A DNA stretch of 63,355 bases, filler included. It is 6 parts of 6 records of this genome, joined end to end, with 100 filler letters (N's around TTAATTAATTAA, not from the genome) between each part and the next. Parts side by side here need not be neighbours in the genome. Positions count along the whole stretch, not along the records: positions 49,769 to 57,555 come from SRR31156797_3115; positions 57,656 to 63,355 come from SRR31156797_3153; 4 more parts are not named here. One strand, given 5' to 3'. The notes below the pieces were generated by a model that worked only from the letters and a program-made list of their open reading frames with translations, did no database searches and was not told the DNA's origin. The stretch's first letter is position 1, and each line of letters opens with the position of its first letter. This document shows, piece by piece, positions 50,798 to 60,264 of the stretch. The position numbers and the translations under genes are program-made.

Positions 50798-51685
50798 TCA
50801 AACCAGTTTCATATCAGCGCACTGACTTTTGTAAAGATCTGAAACCATGATGGAAACATCTGTAGGAACTTCTGCTTCAACTTTTTTCAGATTATTGTCC
50901 GTGAGCCATTTTCTAAATACTTCTTTAGACTTATCAGGAATAAACCTTGCACTATCACTTGTAAAAGTTTCATCAATTAGTGAAAGTTTTCCATCGATCA
51001 TTCCATATTCAACCTTTCCATCAGCTATTTCAAAACCAAAGTTTTTTACAGCGTGATCATTGCAAAGTCTGAAAAGTTCGATCGTTGTTTCCTTTATTTT
51101 TTGTGAAAGCTCTCTGTCACCTACTATTTTAACCATCTGCTCAAAAGTGATCTTATCATCAGTCTCAGATTTCTCAGTCGGTGTGAAAACAGGACCATTC
51201 TTTATTACAGCTCCGGCAACAGGTGCGCCTTCAGTTTCGACCTTATCCCAGATCCATGTATTTTCTTTAAGTGAACTAACAGCTGAGCCAAAAACCTTAA
51301 ATCTTGCAATAGCTTCAACCATGATCACGTCAGCTTTTTTACCGAGCATCACTCTGTCTTTAAGCCAGTCAAGATCAAGAAGTCTCTTCTCACCTGTAAT
51401 TTCAACTATCTCATCAACATCATCTGTAATAAAGTGAGATGAATAACCCTTTTCATGAAGGAATTTAAACCAGAAAGAAGACTGTTTTGTAAGATACTTT
51501 CCTTTTCCCGGAACTCCTGTTTTCATCACAACATCAAAAGCACTGATCCTGTCAGTAGCAACGATCAGCAGATAATCTCCAATTTCATAAACTTCTCTAA
51601 CCTTCCCCTCTTTGAATTTCTTGAGAAACGGAATGTCGGATTCCATAAGCACGTCTTTTCCGGCAACCTTTTCAATTCTCAGCAT
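50798..51685 (-). CDS. purC: SAICAR synthetase
   Basis: GKVREVY, ATDRISAFD, FTPTEK, ADGKVEYG, DE..T.DS.RF. Confidence 0.9.
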   Translation of the reverse strand: MLRIEKVAGKDVLMESDIPFLKKFKEGKVREVYEIGDYLLIVATDRISAFDVVMKTGVPGKGKYLTKQSSFWFKFLHEKGYSSHFITDDVDEIVEITGEKRLLDLDWLKDRVMLGKKADVIMVEAIARFKVFGSAVSSLKENTWIWDKVETEGAPVAGAVIKNGPVFTPTEKSETDDKITFEQMVKIVGDRELSQKIKETTIELFRLCNDHAVKNFGFEIADGKVEYGMIDGKLSLIDETFTSDSARFIPDKSKEVFRKWLTDNNLKKVEAEVPTDVSIMVSDLYKSQCADMKLV

Positions 51686-51695
51686 CGTTTTCCCC

Positions 51696-52724
51696 CTACG
51701 ATTCTAAAATGTTAGAAATAGATTTCATGTGGTTAATATGATAGATAACCTTTGCAAAAAGTCTTGTAACGTCCACTTCTTTAAACCACTCATGATTCTC
51801 ACTGAACTCTTTCCCACGCCATACAGCATTTGTTCCTGTAACTGAGCGGATAATTCCATCTTTATAAGCTTTATCAAGTTTTTCAACAGCTGATCCGTTA
51901 AAGAACGGAAATGTGCAGAAAACATCGATATTATTAACGCCAAACTCTTTGAGCTTTTCACAAGCTGCGATAAGAGTTCCACCTGTGGCAACCATATCAT
52001 CAACGATCACGGCATTCTTTCCTTTCACATCTCCGACTAGTCTCGCCTCAACAACTGTAGAAGCCTTTGAATAATCCCTTTCCTTGACGATAAGAGCCAT
52101 TTCACTTTTTAATTCTCTTGAATAGTATCTTGCAGTTTCAGCTGAACCGACATCAGGAGCAACAACAACTGTATTTTCATCTATCAGAGATCTTCTCTTC
52201 ATTTCGTCCATGAGCTGTCTTGACGCATGAAGATTATCAAGTCTTGTTCTCTGGAAAAAACCTGCAATAGCCTCTGCGTGGATATCAACGGTCAGAACTC
52301 TCTTTGCTCCACACGACTCAACAAATGAAGCAACCATTGAAGCAGTAACGCTTTCACGCCCCTTTCGTCTTTCCTGCCTTGCATTCGGGAATTGAGGGAT
52401 AACAGCAGTGATAGTTCCCGCATCACTATTAAAAGCAGCGTTCACAGCGGTTGCAAGTGCCATAAGGTTATCATTTGTGCTACGCGGGTTGAGCGGATCA
52501 TCCATCAACTGAATAACATATACATCCATACCTCGGATCGGTTCATCAATGGTAGTTTTTATCTCGCCGTTAGCAAAGTGAGTCTCTGTTGTCTTAATAT
52601 ATCTGAATCTCTCAAGGTGATTCTCATCACGATACTTGTCTTTGAGATAGTTAACAACGCCTTCAGCAAAATTAAGACCGGAATTACAAGCAATTATACC
52701 AAGTTGACCTCGATCAGCACCCAT
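51696..52724 (-). CDS. prs: Ribose-phosphate pyrophosphokinase
   Basis: FANGE, ARQER, DIHA, APDVG, VDDMVATGGT. Confidence 0.93.
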   Translation of the reverse strand: MGADRGQLGIIACNSGLNFAEGVVNYLKDKYRDENHLERFRYIKTTETHFANGEIKTTIDEPIRGMDVYVIQLMDDPLNPRSTNDNLMALATAVNAAFNSDAGTITAVIPQFPNARQERRKGRESVTASMVASFVESCGAKRVLTVDIHAEAIAGFFQRTRLDNLHASRQLMDEMKRRSLIDENTVVVAPDVGSAETARYYSRELKSEMALIVKERDYSKASTVVEARLVGDVKGKNAVIVDDMVATGGTLIAACEKLKEFGVNNIDVFCTFPFFNGSAVEKLDKAYKDGIIRSVTGTNAVWRGKEFSENHEWFKEVDVTRLFAKVIYHINHMKSISNILES

Positions 52725-52880
52725 TTGTTTCTCCCGTAGATTATTAAATTAGCAGCCACGGTATATATATAATGACACATGGGGTTATTTACAAGGTTTT
52801 GAGTGATTTTTTTTTGCATCTTCTTGCATAAAAAAATCGTTGGCGGTAAACTTTCAGCGAACTATTTAACGGGTTTTGAA

Positions 52881-53351
52881 ATGGCAAAAAGAAAAGGTTC
52901 AGATAACCTCAGGCATTTAAAACAGTACCGAAGCCTTGTCAGGGAGATAGAAAAGAGTCTTGAAGAGCTTTGCGATCCTGAAAAAACACAGAAGGATGAG
53001 ATTGACTTCCCTTATGATGTGTATATTGATAAAGGCGGTAAGGATCTTGTTCTTGAGGTGGAAATGCCGGGTTTATGTATTGATGACGTATCTATTTACA
53101 CTACTGATAAATTCATTGAGATCAGTGGTTCAAAAAAGATCACCAAAAGTAAAAAATACGACCACTGCATCTGCCTTGAGCGGGATAACGGAGACTTTAG
53201 AAAAGTCATCTATCTGGGTAGAACTGTAAACTTTAACAGCGCTCAGGCTCATCTTGATAATGGAGTTCTCACTGTTAAGTTCCCGTTAGTTGAAGAAAAA
53301 AGAGGAATAAGAAAAATCACAATTAATCCGGAGTGTTGCAATGATAAATGA
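52881..53351 (+). CDS. Hsp20/alpha-crystallin small heat shock protein
   Basis: EMPG, ER..G.F.K, A.LDNGVLTV. Start moved to the ATG at 52881. Overlaps the lon start. Confidence 0.85.
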   Translation: MAKRKGSDNLRHLKQYRSLVREIEKSLEELCDPEKTQKDEIDFPYDVYIDKGGKDLVLEVEMPGLCIDDVSIYTTDKFIEISGSKKITKSKKYDHCICLERDNGDFRKVIYLGRTVNFNSAQAHLDNGVLTVKFPLVEEKRGIRKITINPECCNDK

Positions 53352-55686
53352 AAAACAGAAAAAACTTATAGTCCCAGATGTTCTGCCGGTTTTACCTCTT
53401 AAAGCATCTGTTCTTTATCCATATATGATAATGAATGTCACTGTTGAAAGAGATTTTTCTACTGCTGCTGTAAATCAGGCTATTACCGGGGAAGGGTTTC
53501 TGATCGTTGCTGCTCAGAAAGATCCTGACGACAACAAGTTAGATGAAGACAAACTTCACATGACAGGAACGGTTGCAACAGTTCTTAGAATGCAGAAAAA
53601 TTTTGACGGAAAAATGGCTCTTTACATTCAAGGCTATAAAAAAGCAAAGATGTCTGACCTTGAACTCGATGAAAACGGTAACTACTACACAACTTCAGTA
53701 AAGATCATTGATGAACCTGATGAAACAAACCATCCTCAAGCTCAGGCATTGATGTCTGAAATAAAAAAGCAGATAAAAATGATATCAGAGCGTGGTGAGA
53801 TAAGACTTCCGGCCGAAGCTCTTAATGCGATCCAGGGAGTAAAGAACCCCGGAAGACTTGCAGAGATCGTTCTTAATAATTTTTCAAAATCTGTTGAACT
53901 ATCTCAAAAAGTTCTTGAGGAAAGCTCATATGTGAGAAAACTTCAGATAGTTCATGATAATCTTAAAAATGAAATAACAGTTCTTGAAGTTCAGTCTGAT
54001 ATCAGAAATAAAGCAAAACAGAGACTTGGAAAAGCTCAGAAAGAATATTTTTTAAAAGAACAACTCAAACAGATCCAGAAAGAGCTTGGAAATGATGATC
54101 CTCACACCTCTGAAATTCAGGAATATGAAAAGAAACTTGAAGAGAATGAGTATCCTGAAAATGTAGTAAAAGAAGCAAAAAAACAGATCGGCAGACTTAG
54201 AACAATGAATCCTGCCGCTTCCGAGACCGTTGTCGTTAAAACTTGGATAGACACAGTGCTTGAGCTTCCATGGAGCAATGAGACAAATGACAACAAGAGC
54301 ATCAAAAAAGCTGGAAATATTCTTGCGCAGGATCATTTCGGGCTTGAAGACATAAAAGAAAGAATTCTTGAATTTCTTGCCGTAAGACAGATCAGAGGAA
54401 ATTCAAAAACTCCTATACTTTGCTTTATCGGACCTCCCGGAGTTGGAAAAACATCTCTTGGAAAGTCGATCGCAAGAGCTCTTGACAGAAAGTTCTACAG
54501 AATGAGTCTTGGTGGACTTCATGATGAAGCTGAGATCCGTGGGCACAGAAGAACTTATGTAGGAGCAATGCCTGGTAAAGTTGTTGAAGGAATTAAGAAC
54601 GCAGGAACTATTAACCCTGTTTTTATGCTTGATGAAATTGACAAGGTGGGAAAAGATTTTAGAGGTGATCCATCTTCGGCCCTTCTTGAAGTGCTTGATC
54701 CCGAACAGAATTTTGCTTTTTCAGATAATTACATCGGAATTCCTTTTGATCTTAGCAAGGTCTTTTTCATTGCAACAGCAAATTGGGAAGAAACAATTCC
54801 TGCACCGCTTAGAGACCGTATGGAGATCATCAGACTCTCAGGATATACTGATCCTGAACGTGTTGAGATCGCTAAAAGATACCTTATTCCAAGACAACTT
54901 GATAACTGTGGACTAACAAAGAAGGATCTTAAATTCTCTAAGGATTCGATCCTCTTTATTTCGAGAAGATACACAAGAGAATCAGGTGTTAGAAACCTTG
55001 AAAGACTCATTGGTTCAGTTTGCAGAAAAGTAGTCACTCTAAAATCCCAGAAAAAACCTTACCCTACTAAAATAACTCCTAAGATCGTTGAAGAACTTCT
55101 TAAACTTCCACCATTTTCTGATACTGAACTTGATTACAAAGCAAGGTCTGGAGTTGTTACAGGTCTTGCATGGACCCAATACGGTGGCAGCACCTTAAAG
55201 ATCGAAGCGAACTGGATGAAAGGTAAAGGCAACCTCATTCTTACTGGACAGCTTGGCGATATCATGAAAGAATCTGCAAGGATCGCACTTTCATATATTC
55301 AAAGCAATGTTGACTTCTTTGGTCTTGATAAAAACTTTACGATAGAAGATAAGGACATTCATATTCACTTTCCAGCCGGGGCTATTCCAAAAGACGGGCC
55401 AAGCGCCGGAATTACTATTACCACAGCACTCCTGAGCCTTTTCCTTGGAAAGAAGATAAATCCTAGAATTGGGATGACAGGAGAAATAAGTCTAACAGGC
55501 GAGGTTCTTCCAATTGGCGGATTAAAGGAAAAGCTTCTGGCCGCGGGAAGAAATAAAGTAAAAGAAGTCTTTATCCCGGAAAAGAACAGAGCACTTTATG
55601 AGAGCATCAGTGATGAAATTAGAAAAGGCATCACGTCTCATTTTGTAAGTGAATATAAAGAAGTGTTTAGTAAGATCTTTACCTGA
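53341..55686 (+). CDS. lon: Endopeptidase La (Lon protease)
   Basis: LPVLPL N-domain, GPPGVGKTS, RGHRRTYVGAMPG, PKDGPSAG, IGGLKEK. Confidence 0.97.
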   Translation: MINEKQKKLIVPDVLPVLPLKASVLYPYMIMNVTVERDFSTAAVNQAITGEGFLIVAAQKDPDDNKLDEDKLHMTGTVATVLRMQKNFDGKMALYIQGYKKAKMSDLELDENGNYYTTSVKIIDEPDETNHPQAQALMSEIKKQIKMISERGEIRLPAEALNAIQGVKNPGRLAEIVLNNFSKSVELSQKVLEESSYVRKLQIVHDNLKNEITVLEVQSDIRNKAKQRLGKAQKEYFLKEQLKQIQKELGNDDPHTSEIQEYEKKLEENEYPENVVKEAKKQIGRLRTMNPAASETVVVKTWIDTVLELPWSNETNDNKSIKKAGNILAQDHFGLEDIKERILEFLAVRQIRGNSKTPILCFIGPPGVGKTSLGKSIARALDRKFYRMSLGGLHDEAEIRGHRRTYVGAMPGKVVEGIKNAGTINPVFMLDEIDKVGKDFRGDPSSALLEVLDPEQNFAFSDNYIGIPFDLSKVFFIATANWEETIPAPLRDRMEIIRLSGYTDPERVEIAKRYLIPRQLDNCGLTKKDLKFSKDSILFISRRYTRESGVRNLERLIGSVCRKVVTLKSQKKPYPTKITPKIVEELLKLPPFSDTELDYKARSGVVTGLAWTQYGGSTLKIEANWMKGKGNLILTGQLGDIMKESARIALSYIQSNVDFFGLDKNFTIEDKDIHIHFPAGAIPKDGPSAGITITTALLSLFLGKKINPRIGMTGEISLTGEVLPIGGLKEKLLAAGRNKVKEVFIPEKNRALYESISDEIRKGITSHFVSEYKEVFSKIFT

Positions 55687-56563
55687 GTTTTTTCTTTAAA
55701 ACATCAATTGAAAGCTTAAACAACTGAAATATTTTTAAGATCGATCCAAAAGGACTCCCCGTTGCTCCTGCGTAACATCCGCACTTTGAACAATCAGCTA
55801 AAGCAAAGCATTTTCTAGAGTTCATCTTTGTATCAAAATGCAAAACCTGATCTCTCCAGTAACAGCTATCCCGGTGATCGGCGTTTTCAAACCATTTTAT
55901 AGCATTTTCAGTAAAAAGAAGTGTCCCCGGTTTTAATTTTTTTACTCTTCTCAGCTCTGAAACAATTTCTTTTCTAACATTATCTTCTAGAGGGCTGTCA
56001 CCATTTTCAACAGCAGTATACATGTTACAAACTACGCCTGAGATCCCGATTTCTTCAGACAACTCCACAACTGACTCAAGTTCTTTATAGTTGCTTTCCA
56101 TAAGCGTCATATTAAAGACAACCCGCCTGTCATTCTTCACATTCTCAACAACTTTATCAAAAGTTCCTTTACCACGAATACTATCATTTGTTTCCCTACC
56201 ACCATCAATTGAAACAAAGATCCTGTGGTTATAATTTTTTGGCAGGCTTTTTGTCCCGTTAGTGATCATTTCTACAAAAGGAAAGATCCTGTCAGCAAGT
56301 TTTACAATATCAGGCCTAAGAAGCGGCTCTCCTCCCATCAGCATAATCATTCTTATTCCATTTTTATACAGATCAAAAAAACGTCGCTCCCATTCATTAA
56401 TATCAGCTTCATCCTGTGAACTTTCTTTTTCCTGAAAATGATAGCAATGCCTGCACCTGAGGTTGCATCTGTCCGTAATATCCACTTCCGCAACAAATGG
56501 TTTTTTTGTTATCAGTCTTTTTATTTCAAAGTGTATCCTTAAAAGAAACTTTCCAATATTCAT
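55679..56563 (-). CDS. Radical SAM protein of unknown function
   Basis: CNLRCRHC, GGEP, TNG, VSIDG, C-terminal C...C....C..CGC. Confidence 0.88.
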   Translation of the reverse strand: MNIGKFLLRIHFEIKRLITKKPFVAEVDITDRCNLRCRHCYHFQEKESSQDEADINEWERRFFDLYKNGIRMIMLMGGEPLLRPDIVKLADRIFPFVEMITNGTKSLPKNYNHRIFVSIDGGRETNDSIRGKGTFDKVVENVKNDRRVVFNMTLMESNYKELESVVELSEEIGISGVVCNMYTAVENGDSPLEDNVRKEIVSELRRVKKLKPGTLLFTENAIKWFENADHRDSCYWRDQVLHFDTKMNSRKCFALADCSKCGCYAGATGSPFGSILKIFQLFKLSIDVLKKKLR

Positions 56564-56653
56564 ACTTCACCTACAAAGTTTAGACCCAACATCTTAGACA
56601 AAATTGCACTATTTTACAACATGGTTATTATTCTTTGAGCTTTGGAGGCAAAA

Positions 56654-57555
56654 ATGCTTAATAATAAAGAGTGGGATATCATCCGATATATCACAAAAGG
56701 AAAAGATCGATACATCGGTGATGACTGCGCAGTCTGGGATGAGTTCGGACTTGTCGTTACAACTGACCATATGTGTGAAGGCACTCACTTTGATCTTTCA
56801 TTTATGCCTGCAGATTCTGTTGGATGGCGTTTAATGGCAGCTAATGCCAGTGATGTTATTTCAATGGGTTCTCTTCCAACTCATTTCCTCTTAAACATCG
56901 CAGCACCTCCGGAAAAAGCTCACGTTGTAACACAGATAGTTGACGGCATTACAAAGTTTGCTGACAAATACGGGATTGAGATCCTTGGCGGAGATACTAC
57001 TTCAGCTGAAAAGATCACAGTTGGCGCTACAATGTTTGGAAAAAAGATTAAAAGACCTCTTTTAAGGAGCACTGCTAAAAAAGAAGATAGCATTTTCATT
57101 TGTGAAGCCCCGGGGCTATCTCAGTGCGGGCTTTATCATCTAAAAAACGAGACTCGCGGGTTTGAAAAGAGTAAGGAAAAGTTCCTTTATCCTGATCCTT
57201 TTAAAACAAAACCTAACGATCTGAAAACCGCAAACTGTGCAATTGATATCAGTGACTCTTTGCTTAGTGAATTAAAACTTATTTCTAAGGCCTCAAATGT
57301 AGGAATTGGTATAGATCTTGAGAAAATACCAGTACATGAAGAAGTTGTAAAAACAGCCCAATTAAGAAAGATATCCATAACTGAGATAATCCTAACAAGT
57401 GGCGAAGAATTTTCATTGCTACTTACGTCAAGCAACAAATTGAAAGACACCTATCCCATTGGATTTATTAATGTTTCAGGAGAGAGTAAAGTTGAGATCA
57501 TTTCTAAAAATGGTGTTGTTGACTGCAGTTCTTTTTCAGTTTTCAGTCATTTTAG
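56654..57555 (+). CDS. thiL: Thiamine-monophosphate kinase (stop codon lost at the contig end)
   Basis: IGDDCA, TTD...EGTHF, N.SD...MG, GGDT, IDISD, GEEF.L, terminal HF. ATG at 56654 follows GGAGG. Confidence 0.9.
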
Positions 57556-57655
57556 NNNNNNNNNNNNNNNNNNNNNNNNNNNNNNNNNNNNNNNNNNNNT
57601 TAATTAATTAANNNNNNNNNNNNNNNNNNNNNNNNNNNNNNNNNNNNNNNNNNNN
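57556..57655. other. Artificial contig linker
   Basis: 44 N + TTAATTAATTAA + 44 N. Confidence 0.97.
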
Positions 57656-57915
57656 AGGAATAGCTCATTAAAATACCAGTACGAATATAAAAAGGAGAGT
57701 GCAATTGGTTAACAATATATATTCTGGAATTTCTTGAAAGGTAACCCTTGTTTTACTATGTTATAAAAGCTATAAAATCATTTAGCTTGTTTAAATAGCA
57801 AAAAGACAATCGGTTACACTGATATTGAAATTAGAAGTAGTTTCAAATTTTGTATTAACGTTTTTTTTTTTTTTGTATAATTGTTATCAACTAATACAAA
57901 CTCCCTGTTTCCTTC

Positions 57916-58086
57916 CCCGGATGCAGGATGCAAAAAGAAAGTATAACATGCGAAGACTCTCATTAATAGGTAGAAATAAATTTATTGGTTAAGCCTCCCC
58001 GGGAGCTTGGTCCACTCGTTACTTTGTTCCCGGCCCGGGGAGGCAGGCAGTTTTTAGAAACCGCCCGTACAAAACTACCATCCGGG
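57916..58086 (+). promoter_or_regulatory. Putative structured leader RNA upstream of the peptide genes
   Basis: Nested stems CCCGGATG/CATCCGGG and GCCTCCCCGGG/CCCGGGGAGGC in an AT-rich background. Confidence 0.4.
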
Positions 58087-58152
58087 ACGCACTTTTGCAA
58101 ATTGGCGCTTGTTTAAGTGGGGCTTATGCCTTAATGTTTAAGTTTTAGAATT

Positions 58153-58302
58153 ATGAAAGAATTAAGTTTGGAGAGAATGGAAACATTACTAGGAGGACTA
58201 TCCTGTTTTTATTCAATTCCAGTATGGCTACTCACCCGTTCCGTACATGTTGAAGTTAGGTTAGTGGGGGATTGGTTTGATAATTATTGTAAAACAACTT
58301 AA
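58153..58302 (+). CDS. Double-glycine-leader bacteriocin-like precursor 1 (49 aa, absent from the ORF track)
   Basis: Hand translation: MKELSLERMETLLGG|LSCFYSIPVWLLTRSVHVEVRLVGDWFDNYCKTT. Confidence 0.8.
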   Translation: MKELSLERMETLLGGLSCFYSIPVWLLTRSVHVEVRLVGDWFDNYCKTT

Positions 58303-58314
58303 AATCAAAATACT

Positions 58315-58497
58315 ATGGAGAGTTTAGAATTAGAAAAAATGGCAAATTTAAATGGTGGTGGAAAGAATGCAAATTGTCGCTTCTTAGGTGGTGTATGGAT
58401 TGGAGGATTATTGTCAACTTTTGTTACGGGGGGTGCCGGATTTGGTATTGCTACAGGAGCCTGGGCTGGTGCTAAGGTTTATGGATGTTTTGATTAG
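58315..58497 (+). CDS. Double-glycine-leader class II bacteriocin-like precursor 2 (60 aa)
   Basis: MESLELEKMANLNGG|GKNANC...GCFD with a Gly/Ala-rich hydrophobic core and GxxxG motifs. Confidence 0.85.
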   Translation: MESLELEKMANLNGGGKNANCRFLGGVWIGGLLSTFVTGGAGFGIATGAWAGAKVYGCFD

Positions 58498-58500
58498 TTG

Positions 58501-58546
58501 AAAAGGGTATTGCAGATATCGTAAGGTTTCTGTAATACCTTCTTTT
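58501..58546 (+). terminator. Stem-loop/terminator after the precursor genes
   Basis: GGTATTGCAGA ... TCTGTAATACC followed by TTCTTTT. Confidence 0.7.
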
Positions 58547-58591
58547 ATGGTTGTTATGGTATAATTTAATACAATATTTAACTCAGTCGAG

Positions 58592-58996
58592 ATGAAAGAA
58601 AAATTGAAAGAAAAACTAGATCAGTATAATATTAGATTTATAGAGAGTAGAAATAGCTTGAGTGTGAAACTTGGATTAGGTCAAGAGATTGTAATAAGTT
58701 TTAAAGATGGAAAAAGAATAGAGTTAAAAGAAAAACTAAGGGGATGGAATTTCTTGTCAGGAATAATGGAAGTGAATATGGTTAAAGCGTTGATATTACA
58801 ATCATTATATATCACACTTATGGCTATCGTATTATTTTTTGTTTTTCAATACGTGGAATTAGAGATAATTGAGAACTTCTTAATTGTTTCATTAATATCT
58901 ATTTTTTGCTGGGGTTATACAATTCTTTGGGCATTTTATTATCACATAAAAGCAGAGAATTTCAAAAGGACGGTAATCAACTGGCTTGATGATTAG
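58592..58996 (+). CDS. Small membrane protein, candidate immunity factor
   Basis: 134 aa with two C-terminal TM segments, directly downstream of the precursors. The immunity role is a positional inference. Confidence 0.55.
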   Translation: MKEKLKEKLDQYNIRFIESRNSLSVKLGLGQEIVISFKDGKRIELKEKLRGWNFLSGIMEVNMVKALILQSLYITLMAIVLFFVFQYVELEIIENFLIVSLISIFCWGYTILWAFYYHIKAENFKRTVINWLDD

Positions 58997-59037
58997 AAAT
59001 ACTTAGATTCGTTACGTTAAGATTACATCTTACGACT

Positions 59038-59697
59038 ATGATAAAAACAGATGATAATGGTTGGGTATTGTTTGTAGTATTATGTTTGATTAATGTGTTA
59101 TTCGCATTTTCTTTTAATTATTTATTTAATGATGATTTAATTTATTATCAAACGTATGGTGAGCAACTGACAATTGCCAGAATTGATAACATGTTGGAAA
59201 TATTAAAAAAATGGGAATGGTTGGGCTATGTTTCAATTCCGATAGTTCTTTTTATAAAGGTTGTGTTTGCCAGTCTGTGCTTATATATTGGATTCTTTTT
59301 TGTTGGAATTGACTTGGTATTTAGTAAGTTGTTTAAAGTCTCCCTTTTAGCTGAATTTGTTTATTTTTTATCCAGTCTCACAAAATTAATTATTTTCATT
59401 TTTTTTAAAGAGGTTTCTACTCTAAACGATTTACAGTTCACTCCTTTTTCGATTATTAATACATTGGATAAAAATGCAATAGACTCTTTATTTTTGTATC
59501 CATTGGGTATGCTAAATATATTTAATTTGGCTTACTTCCTTGTGTTGGCCTGGTTGTTAAAGGATTTGATTAACAAAAGTAAAGATTGCCCAATGCAAAG
59601 ATACAGAGGAATTTTAAAACTGGTTTTCATATCGTATGGAAGTGGCCTGTTGTTGTGGGTAGTACTTGTTATGTTTATAACCCTTAATCTTAGCTAA
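59038..59697 (+). CDS. Polytopic membrane protein (about five TM segments)
   Basis: 219-aa hydrophobic ORF abutting the next gene. Confidence 0.7.
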   Translation: MIKTDDNGWVLFVVLCLINVLFAFSFNYLFNDDLIYYQTYGEQLTIARIDNMLEILKKWEWLGYVSIPIVLFIKVVFASLCLYIGFFFVGIDLVFSKLFKVSLLAEFVYFLSSLTKLIIFIFFKEVSTLNDLQFTPFSIINTLDKNAIDSLFLYPLGMLNIFNLAYFLVLAWLLKDLINKSKDCPMQRYRGILKLVFISYGSGLLLWVVLVMFITLNLS

Positions 59698-60219
59698 ATG
59701 AGAAAAAATATAAAATACATTTTGTTGATATTATTTCTTGGAATCTTGTGCTGGTTAACTATATGGGTAGTTTTGGGGTATTCCGAAAAAAAGGTAGCAA
59801 AGAACCGAATACGAATTTTACCTGCTTCTGGATTTTTATCATTAAACAATCAATCTGTTAACTTGCTTGATTACAAGAACTACATGTCGTTTGTATTGAT
59901 TTACTTCCACCCAGAATGTGAGCATTGCGAATATGAAGCCCGCGAGATAGGGCAAAATTCTACTGCATTTAAACATTGCCAAATAATAATGGTTACGCCC
60001 GATGATTCTATTCGCAGAGTCAAGGATTTCTGTACAAAACACCATTTGTGGGAATTAGAAAACTTTGAAGTTTTATTGGATCAAGATAATCAATTTAAAA
60101 AGGTGTTCGGAAAAGCAATAATTCCGTCGATTTATATCTATGATAAAGATCGAAAGCTGAAGAAGTATTTTTTAGGAGAAACAAAACCGGAAGCGATAAT
60201 TAATGAAATTCAAGAATAG
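59698..60219 (+). CDS. Membrane-anchored thioredoxin-like (TlpA/redoxin) protein
   Basis: N-terminal TM, YFHPECEHC (CxxC), cis-Pro-like IPSIYIYD. Confidence 0.85.
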   Translation: MRKNIKYILLILFLGILCWLTIWVVLGYSEKKVAKNRIRILPASGFLSLNNQSVNLLDYKNYMSFVLIYFHPECEHCEYEAREIGQNSTAFKHCQIIMVTPDDSIRRVKDFCTKHHLWELENFEVLLDQDNQFKKVFGKAIIPSIYIYDKDRKLKKYFLGETKPEAIINEIQE

Positions 60220-60252
60220 ACCTTAAGGGTTTTATAAAACCTTTAAGGTCTA
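60217..60252. repeat. Near-perfect 36-bp palindrome before the transporter gene
   Basis: TAGACCTTAAGGGTTTTA/TAAAACCTTTAAGGTCTA with one mismatch. Confidence 0.7.
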
Positions 60253-60264
60253 AAAAACTAAATT

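Noticed and set aside
52881-55686. hsp20-lon coupling as a novelty
   Set aside because: An ordinary protein quality-control pairing in a housekeeping context.
55679-58497. Radical SAM at 55679-56563 as maturase for the double-glycine peptides
   Set aside because: They are separated by an artificial linker and lie on different contigs.
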